A DNA stretch of 54,409 bases from Candidatus Aerophobota bacterium (GCA_021158005.1 JAGGVN010000129.1:1-54409); one strand, 5' to 3'. Positions 31,015-40,597 are shown, counted from the stretch's first letter. Notes: a model not told the origin generated them from the letters alone. A program made the numbers and translations.

Positions 31015-32280
31015 ATGAGGAGGTCTTTGTGTATCTTTGAGGACAAAAAAACAAAAAATTTTTATCCCCTTACTTTAACTCGACCGGTGTTCGACCTTCG
31101 TTGTGGAATTACCACTTTATATGAAAAACTTATTAAAAGGAATGGGGAGGAGGTTTATCTTGTCTGCCGAGAGTATTTAAGAGAAGTAATCTCTCAGAAG
31201 CTAAGGAGAGCAAGAGTAAATAAGCTGGAAGAATTAAAAATGAGAGACCTTTTCTTTGTTAACGGAAGGGTGCTCTCTTTTGAAGATGAAATTGGTTTAG
31301 AAGGCGATGAGGAAATAGGAATTTCAGGAGAAGATATAATTTATGCCCGACTGAATCAGGGAACTTTAAAGTCTCTTTCTTTTGTTCATCCTGAGGAGAT
31401 TGAAGAAGTTTTAAATCGAGCTAAAGAGAAGGTGAAAGTTAGAGAAGTAAAAGCAAAAATAGCAAGATATCTCTGGGATTTAGTAAACTGGAATGGAGAA
31501 GCTATTGAAGAAGATTTTAAAGAAAAAGGGAAAGTGGGGGTAGAAGGAGAGGTAAAAGAAGGAGTTTATTTAATCTCTCCCGAGAAAATTTATATCGGAA
31601 AAGGAACAAAAATAGAACCAGGGGTAATTCTGAATGCTGCGGGGGGTTGTATTTATATTGAGGAAGAAGTAAGGATTCGTCCTCCTACTATTATTGACGG
31701 TCCCTGTTATATCGGAAAAGGAACAGTAGTAGATGGAGCGAAAATTCGTGAAGGATGTAGCGTGGGACCGGTATGCCGAATCGCTGGAGAGATTGAAGAA
31801 TCTATCTTCTATGCTTATACTAATAAACACCATGATGGTTTTATTGGACACGCCTATATAGGGGAATGGGTAAATTTAGGAGCTTTAACCACTAATAGCG
31901 ATCTTAAGAATACTTATGGGAATGTAAAGGTGTATGTGGGAGGAAAAAACTTAGATACAAAAGAGATGAAGGTTGGTTCCTTTATTGGAGACCATACTAA
32001 AACAGGGATAGGAACTCTATTAAATACAGGATGTGTAATTGGGGTAGCCAGTAATCTCTTTGGAGGAGGTGTTACTCCTAAGTTTGTTCCTTCTTTTAGT
32101 TGGGGAGGAAAGAATTTTTCGGAGAATAAACTAAGTAAAGTCATTGAAGTAGCCAGAGTAGTGATGAGACGCCGAGATGTTGTCCAAACAGAAGCAGATA
32201 GAGCTCTTCTTAGAAAAGTTTACGAACTTACTAAAAAAGAGAGGGAAGAGTTCTTATCTTCGGAATACAAATTGGAGTAA
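31015..32280 (+). CDS. putative sugar nucleotidyltransferase/acetyltransferase with left-handed beta-helix (alternative GlmU-like)
   Basis: N-terminal IFEDKKTKNFYPLTLTRPVFDLRCG block, then hexapeptide repeats (IGKGTKIEPGV..., IGKGTVVDGAKI...). Placed with the mutase and nagB. Confidence 0.65.
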   Translation: MRRSLCIFEDKKTKNFYPLTLTRPVFDLRCGITTLYEKLIKRNGEEVYLVCREYLREVISQKLRRARVNKLEELKMRDLFFVNGRVLSFEDEIGLEGDEEIGISGEDIIYARLNQGTLKSLSFVHPEEIEEVLNRAKEKVKVREVKAKIARYLWDLVNWNGEAIEEDFKEKGKVGVEGEVKEGVYLISPEKIYIGKGTKIEPGVILNAAGGCIYIEEEVRIRPPTIIDGPCYIGKGTVVDGAKIREGCSVGPVCRIAGEIEESIFYAYTNKHHDGFIGHAYIGEWVNLGALTTNSDLKNTYGNVKVYVGGKNLDTKEMKVGSFIGDHTKTGIGTLLNTGCVIGVASNLFGGGVTPKFVPSFSWGGKNFSENKLSKVIEVARVVMRRRDVVQTEADRALLRKVYELTKKEREEFLSSEYKLE

Positions 32281-32321
32281 TCTCTCCACTGAAGGGAGAA
32301 AAATAATTAAATACCGGGGAT

Positions 32322-33563
32322 ATGAAAGAAAGAAGAATAGTAGTTACAGGAATAGGGGTGGTAAGTCCTATCGGGATTGGCAAAGATTCCTTCTGGGAAG
32401 GATTAAAGTCCGGTAGGTCAGGAGTAGATAAGATAACTTATTTTGATACTACTAACCTCCCGGTAAAAATTGCCGCTGAAGTGAAGGATTTTAAACCTGA
32501 GAATTTTATGGATAAGAAAATAATCCGCCGCACAGACCGTTATATTCAATATGGGATAGCTGCCTCTAAGATGGCAGTCGAAGATGCAAATTTACAGTTA
32601 GAAAAGGAGGACCGAGAAAACATAGGAGTATTTATAGGAGCGGTGCAGGCAGGGGGAGAATTTGGAGAGAAACAACATATAATATTCAGGGAAAAAGGAG
32701 CTCATAAGGTTAGTCCTTTTCTAAGTACTATTTTTTATACTGATTCTTGCACCTCTCATATTTGTATAGAATTAGGGTTAAAGGGAAATAGTGCTACCGT
32801 TTCTGGAGGCTGTACCGCCGGAGCAATAGCTATCATTTATGCTTTGAATGAGATAAAAAACGGGAAGACAGATTTAATGTTAGCAGGAGGAGCGGATGCT
32901 ACTGTTATTTCCTTATTTATTGCCGCTATGAGTAAAGTAAATGCTATGTCGCGGAGAAATGATGAGCCCAGGAAAGCTTCTCGCCCTTTTGACAAAAAAA
33001 GGGATGGTTTTGTAGTAGGAGAAGGTGGTTGTGTATTAGTCTTAGAAGAACTTAACCATGCCTTAAAAAGAGAAGCTCATATTTATGGAGAGATTTCTGG
33101 CGTGGGTATTACTTCCAGTGCTTACCATATGACTTTTCCCGAGCCTTCGGGTGAGCAAGCTATCCGGGCAATGAGGTTAGCTCTCCGGGATGCGAAGATA
33201 CCTCCTGAGAAAGTCGATTATATTAACGCTCACGGTTCTTCTACTATTGCAAATGACCCTATAGAGACTAAGGCTATAAAAAGCGTTTTTGGACCCCATG
33301 CATATAATTTAGCTGTTTCTTCTACTAAATCTATGCACGGGCATTTAATGGGGGCGACGGGTGCCATAGAAGTAGCTGCGTCCCTTTTAGCGATAGAAAA
33401 TAACCTTATTCCTCCCACCATAAATTATGAATATCCTGACCCGGAATGTGATTTAGATTATGTCCCCAATCAGGCGAGAGTAAGTCGAGTGAATGTAGCT
33501 TTGTCTAATTCCTTTGGATTTGGAGGAAAAAATGCCGTAATAGTTGTCCAGAGATATCCGTAA
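32322..33563 (+). CDS. 3-oxoacyl-ACP synthase II paralog
   Basis: VSGGCTAG active-site Cys, AYHMTFP and NAHGSSTI His residues, and NSFGFGGKNA. Shares a 21-residue identical block, [21 protein letters not shown], with fabF at 26926. Confidence 0.88.
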   Translation: MKERRIVVTGIGVVSPIGIGKDSFWEGLKSGRSGVDKITYFDTTNLPVKIAAEVKDFKPENFMDKKIIRRTDRYIQYGIAASKMAVEDANLQLEKEDRENIGVFIGAVQAGGEFGEKQHIIFREKGAHKVSPFLSTIFYTDSCTSHICIELGLKGNSATVSGGCTAGAIAIIYALNEIKNGKTDLMLAGGADATVISLFIAAMSKVNAMSRRNDEPRKASRPFDKKRDGFVVGEGGCVLVLEELNHALKREAHIYGEISGVGITSSAYHMTFPEPSGEQAIRAMRLALRDAKIPPEKVDYINAHGSSTIANDPIETKAIKSVFGPHAYNLAVSSTKSMHGHLMGATGAIEVAASLLAIENNLIPPTINYEYPDPECDLDYVPNQARVSRVNVALSNSFGFGGKNAVIVVQRYP

Positions 33564-33641
33564 TTTTTAGATAAAAGGTTGCGGTTTCTGCAACAACCTT
33601 GAGGTTAGGGTGTAATTACTTTACTTTTCTCGGATGGAGGG

Positions 33642-36101
33642 GTGAGGATTGTGGTATATAATCTTGGACTTTTATTTACCTGTCTTACCAGTTTTTTCCT
33701 TATCTTTATCGTCTATTTTAAAGCTCGTGAGCGGAAGTTAAGCAGGATATTTATTCTCATTAATTTAAGTGGGGCTATCTGGTCAGGAGGGCTCTTTATA
33801 TTTCATATTTATTCCTCGCCCAATATATTCTTACTTCGTCTCGCTCATCTTGGAATTATTTTTCTCCCTGTTCTTTATTTACATTTTCTTCTCTCGTTTT
33901 TTAATTTGACCCGGAAGAAAAGAAAATTTCTCTTATCATTTTACGGTTTAACTTTCTTCCTTGTCCCTTTTAGCTTTAGCAAACTTTATGTCTCATCTAT
34001 AATTTTTAACCCTGTATTAGGCTATGTTAACCGGCCAGGACCACTTTATTATATTTTTGAGGGTATATTCTTATTTGCCATTATTTATGGTTGTTTACTT
34101 TTAATAAAGGGTTTAAGAAAAGTTAGAGGTTTTAGACGGAGTCAAATAAGATACTATTTACTTGGTTCTATTTTAGGTCTTGGAGGAGGAGCAACTACCT
34201 TTTTGCCTCTCTTTGGGATAAATATCCCTCCGGTAGGAATATATTTAGTTCCCCTTTATGGAATATGTATTACCTATGCTATAGTTAGATATAGGTTAAT
34301 GGAGATTCGCCTTGTTCTGCGGAAGGGTATAATTTATTTTTTAACTACCAGTTTTGTGACTACTTTTATTATAGTTATTCTTTTCTTATTCACTCGATTC
34401 TACCACCAGATTATAGGATTTAAATCTTTTAGTCTTACGGTAATTTTTGCTTTTCTTTTAGCTTTGATTTTGCAACCTTTAAGGGAAAAAATAGAGTTCT
34501 GGATAGATAAATTATTTTATCAAAGGAGAGTTAATTACTACTCTACTTTAAAGGATGCTACCCGAAAACTTGTTTCTATTCTGGAGATGTCGGAATTATT
34601 AAATTTTATAGTAAATACTCCTATTGAATTAATAGGGATAGAGAGTGGCCAATTATTATTATTAAATGAAGAGGAAAATAATTATGAGGTAAAAGTCAGT
34701 TACTCTTCTTCCGGAAAAAGAGATAAGAAAAAGGTTACAATATCCGGAAAGAAAGGTCTGGTGAAAATATTAAAGGATAAAAAAGATTTTCTTTTAAAGG
34801 AATATCTTTTTTCTGTAAAGTCTGATCCCGAAGTGAAGATGGCTAAAGAGCAATTAAGAAGACTCCATTCATCCTTGGTCTTTCCTTTAGTTTTTCAAAG
34901 CCAGATTTTAGGAATTTTGTCTCTGGGAGAGAAAGTCTCGGGGGAAGCATATTCTAAAGATGATCTTGAACTGCTTTCTCTTTTTGCGGGGGAGGCGGGA
35001 ATAGCTTTGAAGAATGCTCAGCTTTTCTGGAGAATAAAAGAGATGAAGAGTTATAATGAAAGAATCTTAGAGAATATGAGTGGAGGATTGATTGGCCTTG
35101 ATAGTAAGGGAAGAATTTTTGCTTTTAACAAAAAAGCAGAGGATATTACCGGTCATCCCTCCTCTAATATTCTGGGAAAAAGAGTGGAAGTTTTAAAAGA
35201 ACCCTTAGCTACTCTTCTTAAGAATTCTCTAAGGAAAGGAGAGGTTTATTCAGGACTGGAGATTAATTTATCCAGAGGAAATGGGAAGAATATCCCCGTC
35301 TCCATAAGTACATCCAGAATTGGCCTAAAAAGAAAAGAAAAAGAAATCATTGTTATTCTTAATGATCTTTCTGAAAGAAAGGGATTGGAAAGGCAAATAC
35401 GACAGGCAGAGAAGTTAGCCTCTTTAGGAACTCTTGCAGCTAGAATGGCTCATGAGATTAAAAATCCTCTTGTCTCTATCCGAACATTTGCAGAGCTCCT
35501 TCCTTCAAAATTTAAGGATGAAGAATTTAGAGAACAATTTTCTTCCTTAGCCTTAGAAGAAGTAGAACGGATAGATAATCTTATTACAAAGCTTTTAAAT
35601 TTTACCCGTTCCAAAGATTATCATTTTGAGGTTCTTTCTGTAGAGATGTTGATTGAGGAAAGTCTTTCTTCTCTTCAGATTCAGATCTCAAAGCAGAATA
35701 TAAAAGTAAGAAGAGATTATCTTCCAGATATTCCTTCTATATACGGAGATAAGGAAGAATTAAAACAGGTTTTCTTAAATATTCTTACTAATTCTGTGGA
35801 GGTAATGCCTGAGGGTGGAGAGATCTTCATTGCTACTCGTAAGAAGAAAGAAAGAGGGGAGCTTTTTGTGAGTATTCTCTTTTCCGATACCGGAGGAGGG
35901 ATTCCCCAGGAAAATCTGGATAAAATCTTTGACCCTTTTTTCACTACCAAAGTTAAAGGGTCTGGATTAGGTCTATTCATCTCTTATAAGATTATTCATG
36001 AACATCACGGAAATATCCAGGTGAGAAACATAGAGAAAGGTGCAGAATTTTCCATCTCTTTACCTGCTTATAAAATAAAAGAAGAGGGAAAGATTAAATG
36101 A
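33642..36101 (+). CDS. membrane sensor histidine kinase (N-terminal 7TM sensor, GAF, PAS, HisKA, HATPase)
   Basis: About 280 aa of polytopic membrane segments, a GAF-like region, PAS (ILENMSGGLIGLD), H-box MAHEIKNPL, N-box NILTNSVE, and G boxes DTGGGI and GSGLGL. Confidence 0.88.
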   Translation: MRIVVYNLGLLFTCLTSFFLIFIVYFKARERKLSRIFILINLSGAIWSGGLFIFHIYSSPNIFLLRLAHLGIIFLPVLYLHFLLSFFNLTRKKRKFLLSFYGLTFFLVPFSFSKLYVSSIIFNPVLGYVNRPGPLYYIFEGIFLFAIIYGCLLLIKGLRKVRGFRRSQIRYYLLGSILGLGGGATTFLPLFGINIPPVGIYLVPLYGICITYAIVRYRLMEIRLVLRKGIIYFLTTSFVTTFIIVILFLFTRFYHQIIGFKSFSLTVIFAFLLALILQPLREKIEFWIDKLFYQRRVNYYSTLKDATRKLVSILEMSELLNFIVNTPIELIGIESGQLLLLNEEENNYEVKVSYSSSGKRDKKKVTISGKKGLVKILKDKKDFLLKEYLFSVKSDPEVKMAKEQLRRLHSSLVFPLVFQSQILGILSLGEKVSGEAYSKDDLELLSLFAGEAGIALKNAQLFWRIKEMKSYNERILENMSGGLIGLDSKGRIFAFNKKAEDITGHPSSNILGKRVEVLKEPLATLLKNSLRKGEVYSGLEINLSRGNGKNIPVSISTSRIGLKRKEKEIIVILNDLSERKGLERQIRQAEKLASLGTLAARMAHEIKNPLVSIRTFAELLPSKFKDEEFREQFSSLALEEVERIDNLITKLLNFTRSKDYHFEVLSVEMLIEESLSSLQIQISKQNIKVRRDYLPDIPSIYGDKEELKQVFLNILTNSVEVMPEGGEIFIATRKKKERGELFVSILFSDTGGGIPQENLDKIFDPFFTTKVKGSGLGLFISYKIIHEHHGNIQVRNIEKGAEFSISLPAYKIKEEGKIK

Positions 36102-38059
36102 CTACTATTTTGTTGATTACCCGGGAAAAGAGACGGAGAAATTTACTGGAAAAGTTATTGAACAGTGATTATATTATCATAGTTGCTCATAAAGAGGAGA
36201 AAATTTCTCTATTATCGGAAAAAGTAGACATAATTATCCTTGATTTTGTTTCTCTGGGATTTGAGGGTTTAAAAATTATCTCGTGGATAAGAGATATTAG
36301 TAATTCTTTAATTATTATAGGTTGGGGCTCTCGGGAGAAGAAAGAATTTAAGGAAGAAGCAAAACTCTACGGAGTTTATGAATATATTGATGATTCTTTA
36401 AAAGCTGAGGATATTTCTTCCATTCTTCAGCGTGCTCTTACCCAGAGAAGATATCAAGAGAAACTTAAAGGTGAGAAGAATTCAAGTAAAAAGGAAATAG
36501 AGGAGACCCCCCATAGTCATTTCTCTTTAAAGGATATCTATCGATATAAAGATTCTTTGAAGAATTTTTCTCGTCTTTTATCAGTCCGTTTCGACCTGGA
36601 AAGATTTCTAAATTCTTTTCTTCTCCTCCTAAGAGAAATGTTGGGGATTAATCGGTTATATATATTATTGAGAGAAGGAGAAAATTATGTAGTGAAAGCT
36701 TCCCTGGGGGGGATGAAAGAGATTGTAGATAATGTGAAATTTTCTTCTCAATGCGGATTAATTAAGTATCTTGTTAAGGAAGGCACTATTGTGTATAAGA
36801 AGAGAGTGGATAGTCTTCTCTATCCAGGAATAAATAGAGAAATGGAGATTTTTGGGGTAGAAGTGGCTATTCCTTTAATAAAAGGAGGGGAACTAGCGGG
36901 GGTGCTTCTTCTCGGCCGAAAAGTTATTGGAAAAGTATTAACTGAGGAAGATTTAGAGTTTCTTTATTTTTTGGCTGATCAAATGGGTATAGCCATAGAA
37001 AATGTATTTTTATACCAGAGAATTGCCTCTCAGAAGAGGTATACGCAAACTATTCTGGAGAATGCCGATTCAGGAGTAATAACTATTGATGAAAAAGAAA
37101 GGATAGTTACTTTTAATCCCCGGGCGGAAAAAATTCTTGGTCTTAAAGCTTCCGAGATGATTGGAAAGGATATAAGAAGTTTACCTGCTCAAATAGCTGA
37201 CCTCTTATACGAAGCTCTTTCCACAGGAAAATCATATCACCGTCATGAAATAAAGCTACCTCCGGGTAAATGTCATTTGGGAGTGAATACCAGCCAGCTA
37301 CGGAATGGTCAAAATCAAATTGTGGGAAGTATGATGATGTTTACAGACCTTTCTCCAATTAAAAGATTAGAGAGGCAAAAAAAATATGCAGAAAAACTTG
37401 AGTTTCTTAATGAGGTTTCTATGCACCTCTCTCAGGAGCTTAAGAATTGTCTTGTTCCTATCCGAACTTTTACAGAGCTTTTTCCTCATAAATATTTAGA
37501 TGAGGATTATCGGACTAATTTTTATTCCTTAGTCATTAAAGAGGTAGAAAGACTCGAGTCTCTGGTAGAGAGATTACTCTTCTTTACTCAACCTCTTCAT
37601 TTAATTTATGCTCCTGAGAGTGTTTCCCATTTAATAGAAGAGAGTCTCTCTACTTTAAAAGATGTAGATTTTTCTTCTATAGAGATAAAAAGAGAGTATG
37701 AAGAAGATTTGCCCTCTGTTTTTGTCGATAAAGAGTATATAGTTAAGGCGCTTTCTAATGTTTTTCGTAACAGCATAGAAGGGATGAGAGGAAAGGGAAA
37801 GCTTTGTATAAATTGTGGAAAAGAGAAATCTTCTATAAAGATTGAAATTGAAGATAATGGTGAAGGAATAAAGAAAGATTATCTTCTCCGGGTTTTTGAC
37901 CCTTTCTTTTCCACTCGTAGTAAAGGGATGGGGATAGGTTTAACTATTGCCCAGAGAATAATTGAGGAACATAAGGGCAAGATTGATCTGGAGAGTGAGG
38001 AAGGAAAAGGGACGAAAGTTATTATTTGCCTTCCTCGAGGGAGGAGAGGAGAAGAATGA
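36098..38059 (+). CDS. soluble histidine-kinase-like protein (degenerate receiver, GAF, PAS, HisKA-like, HATPase)
   Basis: ATGA overlap with the upstream kinase. N-terminal CheY-like fold lacks the acidic pair and the Lys. PAS (ILENADSGVITID). H-box position reads SQELKNCL. Intact N/G boxes (NVFRNSIE, DNGEGI, GMGIGL). Confidence 0.82.
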   Translation: MTTILLITREKRRRNLLEKLLNSDYIIIVAHKEEKISLLSEKVDIIILDFVSLGFEGLKIISWIRDISNSLIIIGWGSREKKEFKEEAKLYGVYEYIDDSLKAEDISSILQRALTQRRYQEKLKGEKNSSKKEIEETPHSHFSLKDIYRYKDSLKNFSRLLSVRFDLERFLNSFLLLLREMLGINRLYILLREGENYVVKASLGGMKEIVDNVKFSSQCGLIKYLVKEGTIVYKKRVDSLLYPGINREMEIFGVEVAIPLIKGGELAGVLLLGRKVIGKVLTEEDLEFLYFLADQMGIAIENVFLYQRIASQKRYTQTILENADSGVITIDEKERIVTFNPRAEKILGLKASEMIGKDIRSLPAQIADLLYEALSTGKSYHRHEIKLPPGKCHLGVNTSQLRNGQNQIVGSMMMFTDLSPIKRLERQKKYAEKLEFLNEVSMHLSQELKNCLVPIRTFTELFPHKYLDEDYRTNFYSLVIKEVERLESLVERLLFFTQPLHLIYAPESVSHLIEESLSTLKDVDFSSIEIKREYEEDLPSVFVDKEYIVKALSNVFRNSIEGMRGKGKLCINCGKEKSSIKIEIEDNGEGIKKDYLLRVFDPFFSTRSKGMGIGLTIAQRIIEEHKGKIDLESEEGKGTKVIICLPRGRRGEE

Positions 38060-39045
38060 GTTTGTCCAGAGGAACCATTCTTGTAGTTGATGATGAGAGA
38101 GGAATACGAGAATCTTTAAAAATGATTCTTAAGGATAAGTATAAAGTAGTTACTTTTGAGAGTCCTGAAGAAGTTCTCAAGAATTCTTCTATTGATGTTG
38201 ATGTAATTTTTTCTGATATAAAGATGTTAAGTATGAATGGCATCTCTTTCTTAAAAAAGATTAAATCTTTAAAGCCAGAAGTTGAGGTGATTATGATTAC
38301 TGCCTATCCCAGTTTTTCCACTACTCTGGAAGCCTTACGATGCGGAGCGTTTGATTATATCGTTAAACCATTCAACAAAGATGAGATTTTGCGGGTGGCA
38401 GAAAGAGCTATTCAGAAAAAGATCGAGCTAATTGAAAATGAAAGAATGATGAGAGATTTGACCCACTCTCTTCAAGAAAATTATCAAGCTACTATTGATG
38501 CTTTAATTTTAGCCATAGATGCTAAGGACGCTTATACCGCCCGCCATTCTCGAAGAGTCTCTTATCTTTTTGGAAAGGTGCTCAGAAAGATAGGATTTGA
38601 GGAAGATAAAATTGACCTGCTTACTCATATTGCCGGATTGCACGATATAGGCAAAATCGGAATCAGTGAATATATTTTAAGAAAACCTTCTTCTTTAACG
38701 GTGAAGGAGTATGAAGAGATTAAGCGACATCCCCTCATAGGTTACAAAATTCTCAAATCTATGAAATTCCTTAAAAATGGTTTAAGTGTAGTGCTCTATC
38801 ATCATGAAAAATTTAATGGCCAGGGATATCCTGAAGGTCTAAAAGGAGAAGAGATTCCCTACGAAGTAAGGATATTTAGTATTATAGATGTCTATGATGC
38901 TCTGGTTACCGATAGATGCTATCGGAAGAGAATGTCTTCCCGGGAAGCTCTTCGGGAATTAGAATCTCGTGGGGGAAAAGATTTCGATCCTCGTTTAATT
39001 ACTTTAGTTGTCCCTATACTCTCTAAGATCGAAGGGTATAAGTAG
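38056..39045 (+). CDS. response regulator with HD-GYP domain (c-di-GMP phosphodiesterase type)
   Basis: REC (LVVDDERG, FSDIKM, IMITAY, IVKPF) followed by HDIGKIGI and HHEKFNGQGYPEGL. Start ATG 38056 overlaps the upstream stop (ATGA). Confidence 0.88.
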   Translation: MSLSRGTILVVDDERGIRESLKMILKDKYKVVTFESPEEVLKNSSIDVDVIFSDIKMLSMNGISFLKKIKSLKPEVEVIMITAYPSFSTTLEALRCGAFDYIVKPFNKDEILRVAERAIQKKIELIENERMMRDLTHSLQENYQATIDALILAIDAKDAYTARHSRRVSYLFGKVLRKIGFEEDKIDLLTHIAGLHDIGKIGISEYILRKPSSLTVKEYEEIKRHPLIGYKILKSMKFLKNGLSVVLYHHEKFNGQGYPEGLKGEEIPYEVRIFSIIDVYDALVTDRCYRKRMSSREALRELESRGGKDFDPRLITLVVPILSKIEGYK

Positions 39046-39139
39046 AAGAAATATAGAAATTGGAAAATGGAGATATCTGCGAACACAAGGATAAGAATTA
39101 TCTTATGCAAAATAGATGAAAGAGGAATAGTTTCTTAAA

Positions 39140-40597
39140 ATGAGTCTTCGTGTCCTTATTCATCATTTACTCTTTTTTCTTCCGGTAGGAGTGATATTTA
39201 TTCTCTTAATTAAGAAATTTTTTTACCGAAGTAAGGAGTTGAGTAAAAAAGTTTCTCAACTTTCCGCTCTTAATAGAATAGGGAGAGCCTTAAGTTCTTC
39301 TTTAAGTTTAAAGAGTCTTCTTAGTTTAATCATCTCGGCAAGTATTTCTTTAGTAGGCGGAAAAGATGCTTTTCTCTACCTTTTGAATAAAAAGACCGGT
39401 AAGTTAGAGAGAAAAGATAAAGTCTCCCCACCGGATGACCCTTATTACGAGATAGCTCTTTATGTAATGGAGAAAAAAACTCCTCTTCTTTTGAATAAGA
39501 GTAGTGAAAAGAATTTATTTACCTTTATTTTTGATAAAATAAAAGGCCTAAGTTCTCTTATTTGTATTCCTCTGGTTACTAAAGAAAAATTATGGGGAGT
39601 ATTAGGGGTAGAGAATTTCTCTAATTTCTTCAATGAGGCTGATTTAGAGCTTCTCTCTACTTTTGCTAATGAAGCAGCTACTTCCATTGAAAATCGCTCT
39701 TTAATGGATGACCTTCTCCGTTTCCAAAAGTTAAATTCTTTTAACAGAACATCTTCTATTGTAGCTCATGATTTGAGAAACTCTATTTCTCGACTTTCTT
39801 TTCTTATCCAGAATGCAAAAATGAATTATAAAGACCCGGAATTCCAAAAAGATTTAATAGATACCCTCTCTTATACTATTAAAAAAATGGAAAACTTAGT
39901 AGAGAGATTGTCGGGTTCGCCTTCTCTTTTAACACTGAAGATAGGTTCAATAAACGAAATTCTTCGCCAGGCAGTAAAGGATTTAAATTTGCATAAGGAA
40001 AAAATGATAAAACTAAAGGAAAATTACCGAGATGTTCCCCGATTAATAATGGATAGAGAGAATATGAAGAGGGTATTTGTAAATTTTCTTCAAAATGCAC
40101 GCGAAGCTATGCCTGAAGGAGGAGAAATTGGAATATCTACTTATGAGAAAAAAGAATCATCAGAAGTATTTATAGAAATCTCTGACAGTGGATGCGGGAT
40201 GGATGAAGAATTTATGGAGCAGAGTTTATTTAACCCTTTCGTGACTACCAAAGAGAAGGGGCTGGGACTTGGTCTTTTCTCTTCTCAGGAGATTATTTCG
40301 CTCCATGGAGGAAGAATAGAGGTGGAGAGTAAGGTAGGTCAGGGGACGAAATTTACAGTAGTTTTACCTGTTCCTCCGAGAAAGAAGAGAATAGAAGCAA
40401 TCAGTAAGCTTATTGGAGAATATCTTCTGGAAATGGGAGCTATTGGTCCCTCGGAGTTAAAAAAAGCAGTAGAAATTCAAACTAAAGATAGAAGAAAGAT
40501 AGGAGAAATTCTTATAGATCTTGGGTATATTAGAGAAGAGCAGTTATCCGCAGCCCTAAAGAGACAAAAAGAGATGGAGGAAAAATTAAGTGGGTAA
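39140..40597 (+). CDS. sensor histidine kinase (TM, GAF, HisKA, HATPase) with C-terminal MshEN/T2SSE_N-like domain
   Basis: One N-terminal TM segment, a GAF-like region, H-box SIVAHDLRNSISRL followed by NAKMNYKDPEFQKD (PrsK-like flavour), N-box FLQNAREA, DSGCGM and GLGLGL. The last 62 aa carry two 24-residue (L/K)IGxxLLxxGxIxxxxLxxxxxxQ repeats. Confidence 0.85.
   Translation: MSLRVLIHHLLFFLPVGVIFILLIKKFFYRSKELSKKVSQLSALNRIGRALSSSLSLKSLLSLIISASISLVGGKDAFLYLLNKKTGKLERKDKVSPPDDPYYEIALYVMEKKTPLLLNKSSEKNLFTFIFDKIKGLSSLICIPLVTKEKLWGVLGVENFSNFFNEADLELLSTFANEAATSIENRSLMDDLLRFQKLNSFNRTSSIVAHDLRNSISRLSFLIQNAKMNYKDPEFQKDLIDTLSYTIKKMENLVERLSGSPSLLTLKIGSINEILRQAVKDLNLHKEKMIKLKENYRDVPRLIMDRENMKRVFVNFLQNAREAMPEGGEIGISTYEKKESSEVFIEISDSGCGMDEEFMEQSLFNPFVTTKEKGLGLGLFSSQEIISLHGGRIEVESKVGQGTKFTVVLPVPPRKKRIEAISKLIGEYLLEMGAIGPSELKKAVEIQTKDRRKIGEILIDLGYIREEQLSAALKRQKEMEEKLSG

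Noticed and set aside
32177-32416. 79-aa ORF bridging the GlmU-like gene and the second fabF.
   Set aside because: It overlaps both neighbours out of frame, gives a basic low-complexity translation, and has no RBS.
33575-33600. Hairpin AAGGTTG...CAACCTT after the second fabF, considered as a terminator.
   Set aside because: The stem is only 7 bp, the loop is 12 nt and no T-tract follows. This is too weak to call.
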